Of a stretch of 64,000 bases of DNA, positions 9,879 through 19,378 are shown piece by piece. The DNA comes from Negativicutes bacterium. Lineage in GTDB: Bacteria; Bacillota; Negativicutes; UBA1444. Position numbers and translations under genes: made by a program. The notes under the pieces were generated by a model. That model was not told where the DNA came from. It was given only the letters and a program-made list of their open reading frames with translations, and did not search any database. The first letter of the stretch is position 1. The number at the start of each line of letters is the position of its first letter. The stretch is from NCBI GenBank assembly GCA_963665275.2, contig CAXXIN010000017.1, positions 127,213-191,212 on the forward strand, in the 5' to 3' direction.

Positions 9879-10558
9879 TTAGTTGACCCGCTTCACATAA
9901 TACAAATAACCCCACAAGATCAGCAGCGAGATCATGACGAGGCCGATCAATCTCGGCAGGTGCTGATGGAAAGCGATCACATCATGTCCTGATAAGACTT
10001 CAATTGCTACTGAAGGAATTTTTCCGATGCAGGTCGCGATAAAGAAATCTTTAAATGACACGGTACTGATTGCACCAGCGGTTGTCAGCGCCCCGGAAGG
10101 CATATAAGGAAGAGCTCGTCCCGCCAGAATAAGGCCAAACCCACTTTGGCTGCTGAACGCCTCCACTTTTTCGTTGTAGCCTCTACGCACCAGAAATGCC
10201 CGGGCCGAGTCTTGAAAGAGCCGTCTTATCATAACAAATCCCAGCGCCGCGCCAACGCATTCGCCAGCCCAAGAGATCAGAATACCAGGCAAAAGTCCAA
10301 ACAAAAAACCATTCGCCACCAGTAAAAAGATATTGGGCAAGAAGCCTAATACATTGAGCATAACCAAGAGAAAAAAGCTAATCCAGGCAGCCTTCTCACC
10401 GAAGGATTGAAGGTATGCAATAGCTCCCTGCATATCTCCTCATAACGATAGGGAAAAAACCTCGGGAAAAACTCTTGATCCATAAAATAGATGCCAGGTC
10501 CCAATAAAATCATTGTTGCTGTTAGAGCGGTTTTTAGCCATAACTGTGAACCTCGCAT
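9879..10558 (-). pseudogene. TVP38/TMEM64 (DedA/VTT) membrane protein, N-terminus disrupted
   Basis: Core 9879..10433 has GFLFG, RALPYMP, GKIP motifs; N-terminal TM segment from ATG 10558 is in another frame (shift at T-run near 10455, TGA near 10441). Confidence 0.55.
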
Positions 10559-10785
10559 ATTGCCTCCCAGCGCCATCGACATAAAACACGTTCCCAGCAA
10601 AACATAAATCAAACACAAAATAGCCCCATCGATCAATAAAGGATCAGCTTGGGCCTAGGCAATCCAGATCCTTTCCATCTGTTATTGCTCGTACGCAAGA
10701 GTCGCCGCTTGTCCGCGGCAACCCCTTGTCTCAAAGCCTTTACAGGTAGTTCAACCTTGTAATCAAACAGAGCAATATCGTATGA

Positions 10786-11025
10786 CTACAAAAGATTAGC
10801 CTTCATTTTCTCGAATTCTTCGTGACTTATTTCACCGCGCGCATAGCGCTGTTTCAAAATTTCAAGCGCCGTATTTTCTGTCATCCCAGCAGTTGTCTTT
10901 GAATGATTCATCAGCATACGGATCAGAAAAAAGCCACCAACGAAAAAAATCACCACAAAAATCAGCATAATAAGCCCTCCTCCGAACCAACCATCCATCA
11001 TTCCATATCCACGGCCATATCCCAT
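10786..11025 (-). CDS. SHOCT domain membrane protein
   Basis: MGYGRGYGMM, TM helix, ALEILKQRYARGEISHEEFEKMK; GGGAGG RBS. Confidence 0.85.
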   Translation of the reverse strand: MGYGRGYGMMDGWFGGGLIMLIFVVIFFVGGFFLIRMLMNHSKTTAGMTENTALEILKQRYARGEISHEEFEKMKANLL

Positions 11026-11223
11026 GATTGTTACCTCCCTTTTACAGTTAACATCCTCGTCTTTTCCGCAGGAATAGCCTCCTGACACTTCAAGTTTATG
11101 GCATATTGGTGTATAGATCATTAGAATGACGATATAAGTTTTGCAAGGAGAATTTAGCTTTCTTTTATTATGGTTGCACAAATTGACGATCACATCAAAA
11201 CCACTCTAGTTCCCGAAGAAGAA

Positions 11224-11991
11224 CTAAATATTGCTCAATATCATCCGTAAGCCCAAAAAAAGTAACGCCAGGCAAAGTAGTAGCGTAATCGACCTTGCTT
11301 TCGTTTTTGGCGCAACGTAAGCGCCGATTTGCGCTCCGATAGCAGCGCCACTGCCAACGATAAGCGCCGGGCCAATCAGGATATTGCCCAAAAAATAATG
11401 AGAAACCACGCCAAAAAAAGTGGAAACAGCTAACACAAAGTGTGACGTGGCGGTGGCAACATGAGTAGAAAAACCGAGCAAAGCAATCATGGCGGGTACA
11501 TGGATAATACCGCCGCCGATACCAAAAGTGCTGGATAAAAATCCAACCATTACACTTAAAGATATTCCCAAAAATCGATTGTATTGTGCTGGGAAAACAT
11601 CTGCTCGGCAAACAGTTTCGTCTTCTTCTTTCAAAAGCCAATATAGAAGACCGGCAATCGAAATCAGCAACAGGCCAAAGCTGATGTAAAATATGTGGCT
11701 GGTAAAATAGCGGGCAAGATAACTGCCGATTACAGCTCCTGGCAGTGTTGCGAGACTAAAGCGAATCGCGGCATCATAATATACTTTCTTTTGCCGCATG
11801 TATGCAATCGTTCCGGAAAAAGCATTGAAAAAAACAACTACCAGCGAGGTGCCGACAGCGAACTGGGGAGTATAGTCAAATAGCAGCAAAAAAACTGGCA
11901 CCAAAATAAATCCACCGCCGACTCCTATCAATGTGCCAAAGGAACCCACTCCAAGACCAACAATAAACAATTCTATGGTTAACAGCATCAC
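11224..11991 (-). CDS. Sulfite exporter TauE/SafE family protein
   Basis: Duplicated GVGGGFILVP and GIGGGIIHVP motifs, AVGTSL and ATATSH. Confidence 0.9.
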   Translation of the reverse strand: MMLLTIELFIVGLGVGSFGTLIGVGGGFILVPVFLLLFDYTPQFAVGTSLVVVFFNAFSGTIAYMRQKKVYYDAAIRFSLATLPGAVIGSYLARYFTSHIFYISFGLLLISIAGLLYWLLKEEDETVCRADVFPAQYNRFLGISLSVMVGFLSSTFGIGGGIIHVPAMIALLGFSTHVATATSHFVLAVSTFFGVVSHYFLGNILIGPALIVGSGAAIGAQIGAYVAPKTKARSITLLLCLALLFLGLRMILSNI

Positions 11992-12072
11992 AAGTCCTCC
12001 TGAAAAAGCAGAACCGCCTCAACAATGAGGCAGTTCCTCTACGATAAGGTTTGATCTCCTACAAAAGCGCAT

Positions 12073-12828
12073 TTATGACGTCCGTATTTTACCCACCAAA
12101 ATTTCTATTTGACTTCGCCACACGCGATAGGCATTGTCATTCAAGTGTAGACCATCATAGGTATATTCGGGTGACAACCGTCCATCACTCCCAGTGAAAC
12201 CTGTCGCCAAGTCGATATAGCGATAGCCATGCTTGTGAGCCATTGTTTTGAGTTCCTCATTCAACACGCGTATATTTTCGTTCTTCCAGAGGCCCCTTGA
12301 CGGAAAAAGCTTGTCGTTAAAAGGCAGAATACTTTGAACATAAACGGGCGTACTTGGCAATTCCCTTTGAAACCGCTCCAGGATGCGTTGATAATTTGCC
12401 AGTATTTTTTCTGGCGGCTGTTCAAAACACAAATCATTGGTTCCGATCATGAGGAAAATTTGACGGGGTCGCAGTGCGATGACTTCATCCTGCCGATTCA
12501 AAAGCCCAAGCGTCGTATCGCCGCTTATGCCTCGATTGACTACATTAATTCCCGGGAACAGTGCTGGCCAGTCAGCGCCAAAAGTGATACTGTCACCAAA
12601 AAAGACTATAGGCTCTTTGGTTTTGAATGAAGTAATTTTAAAGTACATCCGTCGGATTCGATAATTCATCGTGAGATAGGGCGGGTCCTCGGGTTTTCTG
12701 CCCAAATTGTTGGCCCAAACGACAACCTCTTCGCCCATAAGCTTTGCCATTGGTGAGACAGAAAAGATTGTCGGTGCGACTACGATAAGCAACAAAACAA
12801 CAACGGCAATCTTAGAGAACCGCTTCAC
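12073..12828 (-). CDS. GDSL/SGNH esterase-lipase, probably exported
   Basis: FFGDSIT, NRGISGD, IGTND, DGLH; N-terminal hydrophobic segment; start uncertain. Confidence 0.85.
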   Translation of the reverse strand: MKRFSKIAVVVLLLIVVAPTIFSVSPMAKLMGEEVVVWANNLGRKPEDPPYLTMNYRIRRMYFKITSFKTKEPIVFFGDSITFGADWPALFPGINVVNRGISGDTTLGLLNRQDEVIALRPRQIFLMIGTNDLCFEQPPEKILANYQRILERFQRELPSTPVYVQSILPFNDKLFPSRGLWKNENIRVLNEELKTMAHKHGYRYIDLATGFTGSDGRLSPEYTYDGLHLNDNAYRVWRSQIEILVGKIRTS

Positions 12829-13507
12829 TGGCCAACCCCGCCTGTCCATAGATCCACCGCTGTTGCAAAAGCTGGACCATATTGCCGGCGGCCCAATATA
12901 ATCCTAAACCTGCCGGAAAAGATATCGCCATGTATCCGACAAAAATCGGCATCAATAGCAACATCATTTGATTTTGCTGCGACTTATTCATCGAAGTTTG
13001 TTTTTGTTGAAAATATGTTGTCAGCGCGCACAACAGTGGAAGGATAAAATAGGGATCACTCGGCACATTAATCGACGCGCCCCGGGCGAGGTCGGGCAAC
13101 CAAAGAAAGCCAGACCCGGCCATCTCTTTGTATTCTCTTATCGCATAGAAGATTGCTGTCAAGATCGGCATTTGGATAAGCAAAGTCACAAAGTTACCCA
13201 AAGGATTGACTCCTGCAGCTTTGTAGATGCCTGCCATTTCTTTTTGCAACTTTTCCTTATTATCCTTATATTTTTCCTTAATCTCTTGCATCTGCGGCTG
13301 CAAATCCTGCATCGCTTTCATAGACCGTATCTGCTTCACCATCAACGGATACAGAAGCATTTTGATAACTACTGTAAGCATGATAATTGCAAGCCCATAG
13401 CTGGGAGCGCCCAACATCGCGGTTAGTTGATAACAAAAGGTTAAAGCCGCCGTTAATGGAGTTATGAGAAAATTTAAATTGAAATGCAATCCAACATCAA
13501 TCTCCAA
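12812..13507 (-). CDS. yidC: YidC/Oxa1 family membrane protein insertase (short paralog)
   Basis: YGLAIIMLTV, LQPQMQEIKEKY, GVNPLG, LIQMP, PAGLGLYW; start uncertain. Confidence 0.85.
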   Translation of the reverse strand: MEIDVGLHFNLNFLITPLTAALTFCYQLTAMLGAPSYGLAIIMLTVVIKMLLYPLMVKQIRSMKAMQDLQPQMQEIKEKYKDNKEKLQKEMAGIYKAAGVNPLGNFVTLLIQMPILTAIFYAIREYKEMAGSGFLWLPDLARGASINVPSDPYFILPLLCALTTYFQQKQTSMNKSQQNQMMLLLMPIFVGYMAISFPAGLGLYWAAGNMVQLLQQRWIYGQAGLASEAVL

Positions 13508-13589
13508 TTCAAAATATTTGCCGGGAATCTCCTCGCCAATTCAATGAATGAACCTGCAATCCATCACACTTTGAAACGATTCAATCTGG

Positions 13590-13814
13590 CTATTTTACCT
13601 TACGACACAAAATCAGCCCTTCAAAGTTACTCATATTTCGATAATCCACAACATCATAGGAATTAATCAAGGCATGCAAATCGTCTTCAACCTCGATATC
13701 TTTCGGACACTCAAAGGCCTTTTTTATAGCGGATGCCAACTCGCCGACCACCACCACTTCCTGATTTTTTTCATGAGCCGCTTTACGCATTTATGAAAAC
13801 GAGCGAACAATCAA
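13590..13814 (-). pseudogene. Small hypothetical protein with in-frame TAA at codon 8
   Basis: RBS GAGGAAGGA then TTG: MIVRSFS*MRKAAHEKNQEVVVVGELA..., in frame with ORF 13590..13790. Confidence 0.4.
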
Positions 13815-13942
13815 GTTAATCCTTCCTCCTATCGCATCGCCATGCACAGTTTATCCTACTAGTAATATACGCCATAATTAAATATATTTAAAATATAAAT
13901 TTTTGGTATTATAATAGTTATAAACTATATTAAGAGTGAGGC

Positions 13943-14854
13943 GTGATTCAGTTGGAACTTCGTCAGCTACAATATTTCCAGTCAGTCGGTCGACTGCTTA
14001 GCATAACCAAGACGGCAGACAAGTTTAATATTGCTCAACCCTCTGTCAGCATTGCCATACAAAGTCTGGAAAAAGAAATGGGTGTCCAACTTCTAGACCG
14101 TAGTCATCGCCGAATTGCCTTTACTGCGGAAGGTGATATTTTTTTGCAGAAAGTCGATGAAATTCTTGCGCTACTAACAGATGCCGTACGCCAAATGACT
14201 GATTATAGGGCACTTGACCCAGGATACATTAGCCTGGGAATTACGCCGACAACCAGTGGCGTTTTATTCCCCAAAATTTTTGCTGATTTTCACACCCAAT
14301 TCTCGCACATTAACCTTACCAGTGTTGAAGAAGGCTCGCTGGCAATTGTTAAGCTATTGAAGCAAGGTAAAGTGGATATCGGAATCATTATAAATTCAGA
14401 ATTCGCATCTGGATTAGAGATATTACCCTTAAAAACAGAGCAGATCGTACTTTGCCTACCACCCCGCCATCCGCTAGCTGCCAGCAAAAAAGCAACCTTT
14501 GATACTCTCAAAAGCTATCCCTTTCTTTTATTTAAAGAAGATACCTATTTGCGCCAAATAATCTTGCAAGAATGTGCTAAAAACCATATCACTCCCAAGG
14601 TCGCTTTTTCTTCCAGCCAAATTGAAACGATTGTAAGTCTTGTACAGGAAGGAGCCGGCATCACTTTTCTGCTTGAGTCCACGGTCCGTAAATACGCAGA
14701 CATTATGGGGCTTCCGTTAGCGGAACCAATATGGGTCCAGATGGGGTTAGCCTGGAATAAGGATAGATATTTATCGAAAGCGGCCAGAACCTTTATCAAC
14801 TTTGTTACAGAAAAACAATCGCCAGAATCCGAAATTGAATGCGGACCTGAATAG
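13943..14854 (+). CDS. LysR family transcriptional regulator
   Basis: LRQLQYF...IAQPSVSIAIQSLEKEMGVQLLDR HTH plus substrate-binding domain. Confidence 0.92.
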   Translation: MIQLELRQLQYFQSVGRLLSITKTADKFNIAQPSVSIAIQSLEKEMGVQLLDRSHRRIAFTAEGDIFLQKVDEILALLTDAVRQMTDYRALDPGYISLGITPTTSGVLFPKIFADFHTQFSHINLTSVEEGSLAIVKLLKQGKVDIGIIINSEFASGLEILPLKTEQIVLCLPPRHPLAASKKATFDTLKSYPFLLFKEDTYLRQIILQECAKNHITPKVAFSSSQIETIVSLVQEGAGITFLLESTVRKYADIMGLPLAEPIWVQMGLAWNKDRYLSKAARTFINFVTEKQSPESEIECGPE

Positions 14855-14891
14855 AACAAAGACGCCCGTTTTCGGGGCGTCTTTGTTCTAT
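14851..14891. terminator. Bidirectional terminator hairpin
   Basis: ATAGAACAAAGACGCCC-N7-GGGCGTCTTTGTTCTAT between convergent genes. Confidence 0.8.
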
Positions 14892-14894
14892 CCG

Positions 14895-15197
14895 CTATTC
14901 CAACACATTTCTCAAAACCAGCCGCTTAAAAAACAAAACAGTTTTCAGCTCGATTTCCCAAGCTGCCGGCTTCACTTCCTCAAGCGAGTGATGAAGATAC
15001 AGGGTTATCTCGTCGGAAGCGGACACTTCATATTCTTGTCTATCTTTTTCCTCGGGCAATCCCAGTCGCACGGACGGGGTGGCTGTAAGCCGGGAGCCTC
15101 CTCAACCACCGGTCAGACAATAATAAACCCGGGCTGTGACAGAACCGCCCTTCGCCTGGATAAAGTTACGGGCTTGGAGCGTCATTTCCAGTTTCAT
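14895..15197 (-). CDS. Putative 100-aa selenoprotein (CC/Se-motif, HesB-like fold), UGA at 15102-15104
   Basis: Manual translation: MKLEMTLQARNFIQAKGGSVTARVYYCLTGGUGGSRLTATPSVRLGLPEEKDRQEYEVSASDEITLYLHHSLEEVKPAAWEIELKTVLFFKRLVLRNVLE*; GGAGG RBS; ends 3 nt before the terminator hairpin. Confidence 0.75.
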
Positions 15198-15248
15198 CAG
15201 GTTCTTTTCCTCCAATTGTGTCAGCAAACGAGCTTATTTCGCATCGCG

Positions 15249-15665
15249 CTATTTTGTGTTTTTACTCAAAACCTCGTCAAATTGCTGCGTCACTACCGCG
15301 ACTACTTTCGCCACCATTGCCGCGTGCTCTGCCGTCAAATCCCTAGTTGATAAAGCCGGTCCTTCAGCCAGTTCGTCGCCAATGATATCCGAAACAAACA
15401 CCACGCTGTTAACCTTACCGCTGTACTTCTCCGTGGCCCGCTTGGCACAGGCCTTACTGCAGCCATCCACCGCGATAGTCGGATACTCCTGGGCGAACAT
15501 CCGCTCTTCCTGCCCGCCGGCTATATAGAGAGGCAGGCAGATGGTCACGGTCTGATCGGGTCGCACCTCATCCAGCATTTTGCGGGTGGCCAGCCGAGAA
15601 ATCGTGCCACCCAGGCAGTCTTCGCCGCTACAGGAAACCACGCCGATTTTTAATTCTTCCGCCAT
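15249..15665 (-). CDS. DGC domain (putative zinc-binding) protein
   Basis: SCSGEDC, TICLP, AVDGCSKAC. Confidence 0.85.
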   Translation of the reverse strand: MAEELKIGVVSCSGEDCLGGTISRLATRKMLDEVRPDQTVTICLPLYIAGGQEERMFAQEYPTIAVDGCSKACAKRATEKYSGKVNSVVFVSDIIGDELAEGPALSTRDLTAEHAAMVAKVVAVVTQQFDEVLSKNTK

Positions 15666-15669
15666 TTCT

Positions 15670-16080
15670 CTATCGTCCTTCGCTCTGAATTTGCGCCACC
15701 TCAGCGCATAGTTTGGCCGCAATTTCATCCACGATGGCCCAGCCCTCTTCCGTCAGTTCGGTAGCGGTCCCGGGCTTGGCGCCTTTATGCAGGCGCATGA
15801 CATCCAGCACTTTGAACTTGGCCTTGATATCGCCGCCCATTTCTTCCGCGCTTTTTGCGGAGCACATGGCTGGACAGCCGTCAATGGTGATGCAGGGCTG
15901 GTCGACGATCTTCGCCGTAGCCTCGGCATCGCCGGTGACGATATAGGCCAGGCAGGTAGTATCGGCCTGTTCGGGGCAGAGATGCTGCACTGTCTGCAGC
16001 ACCGCTTCCCGGGCCATCAACCCGTACACCTTGCCCATGCCGCTGCAGGCCATGACTTTAACTTTACTTTTTGTTGGCAT
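15670..16080 (-). CDS. DGC domain (putative zinc-binding) protein
   Basis: ACSG, TTCLA, TIDGCPAMC. Confidence 0.85.
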   Translation of the reverse strand: MPTKSKVKVMACSGMGKVYGLMAREAVLQTVQHLCPEQADTTCLAYIVTGDAEATAKIVDQPCITIDGCPAMCSAKSAEEMGGDIKAKFKVLDVMRLHKGAKPGTATELTEEGWAIVDEIAAKLCAEVAQIQSEGR

Positions 16081-16930
16081 GATACTCATCCGCCTTTTTC
16101 TTCAGTACTTTCAGATAGCCCTCCGCATCAAGCAGAAATTCTTGTTCTTCCGCGAAATTCGTCAATTCGATTTCAGCAATCCAGCCTTGTTCATACGGAT
16201 TCTGATTGATCAGTTCCGGCGCGTTCAGCACGGGGGTATTCACCGCCGTGATTTTGCCGCTGACCGGACTCACCAGTTCAAAGACCGCTTTGCCGGATTC
16301 GAGCGTTCCGGCTTCGTCGAATTGATCGATGGTCGCGCCTACCGACGGCGGTGTGACGAACATGATGTCCGACAAGCTTTGCTGCATGAAATCCGTAATG
16401 CCGATCCGGGCCCGGTTGCCGACCGGTTGCACCCAGCAATCGTTCTCCGTGAAATAAAAGCCTGTCGGCGGAACACGGAAAATGAACTTATCTTTCTTGT
16501 GGATGATATATTCCTCGGGTACGGGATAGAGCACGCCGGAATCGACGCTGGCATCCTCCGCTTCCGCCTTGACCAGTTCGGCGGCAAGCTCCGCGCCAAG
16601 GGCGAGTTCGGCCGCACCCAGCCGCAATGGCGTAACTGCCAGCGGCGCTCCGCGCTTTTGCGCTTCTTCCGTCACCGTCATTTTGCGGAAAATCTTCAAC
16701 CCTTTTTCGCCCGCCAATTTGCTGGCGCAGCGCGTCGCACAGCCGTCAATCACCAATAACGGATTCTCTTTGGCGATTTTATCGTACCGGGCATCCGACA
16801 CCCGGTAAAACACCGGGCAAATCAGTTCATTCTCCGTGTTCTCGCAGACGATCTGCGCGATCTCCCGGGCTACCTGACCCGCACATTTATCCAGTCCGTT
16901 GCAAGGCAATACCGCAAATTTTTCACTCAC
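16064..16930 (-). CDS. DGC domain - glycine cleavage H (lipoyl carrier) fusion protein
   Basis: N-terminal PCNG, ICP, IDGCATRC; C-terminal ARIGITDF, LESGKAV (lipoyl Lys), SPVSG, NPYEQGW. Confidence 0.85.
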   Translation of the reverse strand: MSEKFAVLPCNGLDKCAGQVAREIAQIVCENTENELICPVFYRVSDARYDKIAKENPLLVIDGCATRCASKLAGEKGLKIFRKMTVTEEAQKRGAPLAVTPLRLGAAELALGAELAAELVKAEAEDASVDSGVLYPVPEEYIIHKKDKFIFRVPPTGFYFTENDCWVQPVGNRARIGITDFMQQSLSDIMFVTPPSVGATIDQFDEAGTLESGKAVFELVSPVSGKITAVNTPVLNAPELINQNPYEQGWIAEIELTNFAEEQEFLLDAEGYLKVLKKKADEYHANKK

Positions 16931-17216
16931 CGCTCGCCACCCCGCTCCGTGTTTCCTTTATCTTCTTCGTCACTTCGACTTTATTGGGAAACTCCAGTGC
17001 GTCCAGTCCGCAGGTCTTACTGCAGGCCCGGCAGAACACAACGCAGTTGAGGGGATTTTCGACAATCAGCTTGATGGGGTCATCTTCCTGCTTCTTAAAT
17101 ACTTTGTGGGGACAAAAATCGAAGCACTCCATGCAGTAATTGCACTTTGTATAGTCAATGGTCGGTTTCCAGTCGATGGTATTGCGGGGTACCCCCATGA
17201 AAGTATCTTCGCTCAC
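16923..17216 (-). CDS. 4Fe-4S ferredoxin
   Basis: CNYCMECFDFCP and CVVFCRACSKTC. Confidence 0.88.
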   Translation of the reverse strand: MSEDTFMGVPRNTIDWKPTIDYTKCNYCMECFDFCPHKVFKKQEDDPIKLIVENPLNCVVFCRACSKTCGLDALEFPNKVEVTKKIKETRSGVASGE

Positions 17217-17596
17217 TGCTTAGCCTCCATTTCTTCCAATGCTTTGGAAACTTTTTCAAATGCCTGCTCATTGGTCATATCGCGGATATCCAGCGCCACC
17301 AAGTCTTTGGTGACATCCAGCCCGGCCGCCTTGAAGGCATCCTTGAACATTTTGATCTGCATGTTTTTGGCGCAGGCCCCGATGACCATCGGCCGGTCGG
17401 CTTTGAGCATATCCGCCAGGAAGCGGTCGCCGTCCTCTTCACACAGTTGCGGGTGTATGAACCCGTATTCCACCGGCAATTCCACCCGGACCTGATTGAT
17501 GAAATCCCAGATATCCATGGCTTTAAAGCCGGGGCACTTGCCTGTGCACACGCACATAATAAAACCGGGTAGTTTTTTTTCTTCTTCGCCCATCAT
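17213..17596 (-). CDS. Small Cys-rich protein resembling the HdrA N-terminal Fe-S domain
   Basis: FIMCVCTGKC, HPQLC, VIGAC, DIRD spacing resembles HdrA CxC...LC...AC...NIRE. Confidence 0.55.
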   Translation of the reverse strand: MMGEEEKKLPGFIMCVCTGKCPGFKAMDIWDFINQVRVELPVEYGFIHPQLCEEDGDRFLADMLKADRPMVIGACAKNMQIKMFKDAFKAAGLDVTKDLVALDIRDMTNEQAFEKVSKALEEMEAKQ

Positions 17597-17627
17597 TGCA
17601 TCTCCTCTTACGTAATTTTATATTTTC

Positions 17628-19031
17628 TTACCCTTTATGGATTGACCTGCCGAGCGCGTCGGCACAAGCCTCCATCACTGCTTCGCTCAGCGTGGGGTGC
17701 GGGTGGACCAGGTCGGCGAGTATGTCGGCCTTGAGCCCCAGCGAGACTGCCAGCGTCAATTCCGAAATCAGTTCCGTCGCCTGCGGACCCAGGATCTGCG
17801 CGCCCAAAATCACATGGGATTCCTTATCCGTCACGACCTTTACCATTCCTTCCCGCTCGCCCATGCACTGAGCCCGGCCATTGGCACGAAAATCAAAGCG
17901 CCCGGTCTTCACTTCGCGGCCCTGCGCGGTCGCCGTTTTTTCATCCATACCGACCGAAGCCAGTTCCGGCTGAAGGTACACACAGGAAGGAATCGCGTTA
18001 TAATTCAGGAAAAGGTTCGCGCCCAAGGCATTTTCTATTGCCACCCGGCCTTCCACATAGGCTTTGTGCGCGAGCAGCTTGCCGCCCGTCACATCACCGG
18101 CCGCGTAAATGCCCGGAACTGTCGTTTCCATTTGCTCGTTCACAATCAGCGCTCCCTGCGCGCCGGTAGCTGCGCCCAGTGCAATTAATTCGCGGGGCAC
18201 CGCCGGTTTGCGGCCCACTGCCAGTAGCACACGATCGGCCTCGATCAGGGTTTCCTTCCCCTGGGTCTGAAACAGGACTTTTGCTCCCGCTCCCTCAGCA
18301 ACGATTGCGGAAACGGTGCTGGCAATATAAACCTTCACGCCCTGACGTTTCAAAACTTTGAGCACTTCACCGGCAATCTCAGCATCTTCCTGCGGCAAGA
18401 TCTGATCCGCCATTTCGATGACGGACACCTTCGTTCCCAGTCCGTTGAACATTTGGGCAAACTCCAGCCCAATAGCGCCGCCGCCAATAATAGTCAAACG
18501 CTGGGGCACTTCCTCCAGCGACAACATCTCATCACTGGTCAGCACTACCGGCAAATCCAGACCGGGAATATTGGGCCGCACTGGCCCGGAACCTGTAGCG
18601 ACCAGGATTTTTTTACAATGAATGACCACTTGGCCTTCCGTTGTTTCAACATGCATCTGTTGGGTATTAATAATAAGGCCCTGGCCTTTTATGATAGTAA
18701 TGGCATCCTTGTGCAGCAAATGTTCCACACCCAGGCGCAGACTTTTGACGACCCGGCCTTTGCGGCTATGCCCTGCCGGCCAGTCGATCACAGGTGGCGG
18801 CCCCACCACGCCGAACTCCTGTCCCTTGCGGGCAAGCGCCGCCAGCTCCACCGTCCGCAGCAATGCCTTGGTAGGAATACAGCCACGATTCAGGCACACC
18901 CCGCCCAACAAGTCCTGTTCGACGATCGCTGTGCGAGCGCCTAACTGAGCAGCCCGCACGGCAGCCACATATCCGGCAGGTCCGCCGCCAAGAATGGCAA
19001 CTTCGACATCAACCTCTCGTTGCATATTCAA
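17628..19031 (-). CDS. lpdA: Dihydrolipoyl dehydrogenase
   Basis: GGGPAG, GGVCLNRGCIP, GGGAIG, HPHPTLSE. Confidence 0.93.
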   Translation of the reverse strand: MNMQREVDVEVAILGGGPAGYVAAVRAAQLGARTAIVEQDLLGGVCLNRGCIPTKALLRTVELAALARKGQEFGVVGPPPVIDWPAGHSRKGRVVKSLRLGVEHLLHKDAITIIKGQGLIINTQQMHVETTEGQVVIHCKKILVATGSGPVRPNIPGLDLPVVLTSDEMLSLEEVPQRLTIIGGGAIGLEFAQMFNGLGTKVSVIEMADQILPQEDAEIAGEVLKVLKRQGVKVYIASTVSAIVAEGAGAKVLFQTQGKETLIEADRVLLAVGRKPAVPRELIALGAATGAQGALIVNEQMETTVPGIYAAGDVTGGKLLAHKAYVEGRVAIENALGANLFLNYNAIPSCVYLQPELASVGMDEKTATAQGREVKTGRFDFRANGRAQCMGEREGMVKVVTDKESHVILGAQILGPQATELISELTLAVSLGLKADILADLVHPHPTLSEAVMEACADALGRSIHKG

Positions 19032-19068
19032 TCCACCTCTATTTTTTACACTTGACGATTATGTTGAT

Positions 19069-19088
19069 ATATAATTTTATATTTATAT
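19069..19088. promoter_or_regulatory. ATATAA-N8-TTATAT palindrome, possible ArsR/SmtB-type operator upstream of lpdA
   Basis: Inverted repeat about 40 bp upstream of the lpdA start; AT-rich, so could be chance. Confidence 0.35.
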
Positions 19089-19378
19089 GTTAACACAATG
19101 ATAGTACAAAAATTTTTGCCTGTCAATTTTCTTTTCTTATTCTCGACTCCCCAAATTGAAGAGAAAATAATCCCTGCTGCAATCCGGAGCTGCAAAGCAT
19201 AAGGAGTTGTCTGCTGTATTCCTTCTCCGTAAGCGTACCGCAATATAAAAACACCTTGCGGCAAAAGTTGTGCAAGGTGTTTTGGCTATGTGCAGCTATC
19301 GTCCGGCATTGGAGCCCTCCGGACCCAGCACACATATTCTCAAGACCGCAGGCCATGAGCATCGCATTTTAAAAACTT

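Noticed and set aside
10434-10445. TGA upstream of the TVP38 core as a possible Sec codon
   Set aside because: Not a Cys-type position and accompanied by a frameshift; more likely decay
16923-17596. hgcAB mercury methylation or a complete Hdr complex
   Set aside because: No HgcA NVWCAAGK cap helix, and no HdrB/C or FAD domain
19123-19362. Cys-containing 79-aa ORF between MFS and lpdA
   Set aside because: No convincing RBS or family motif
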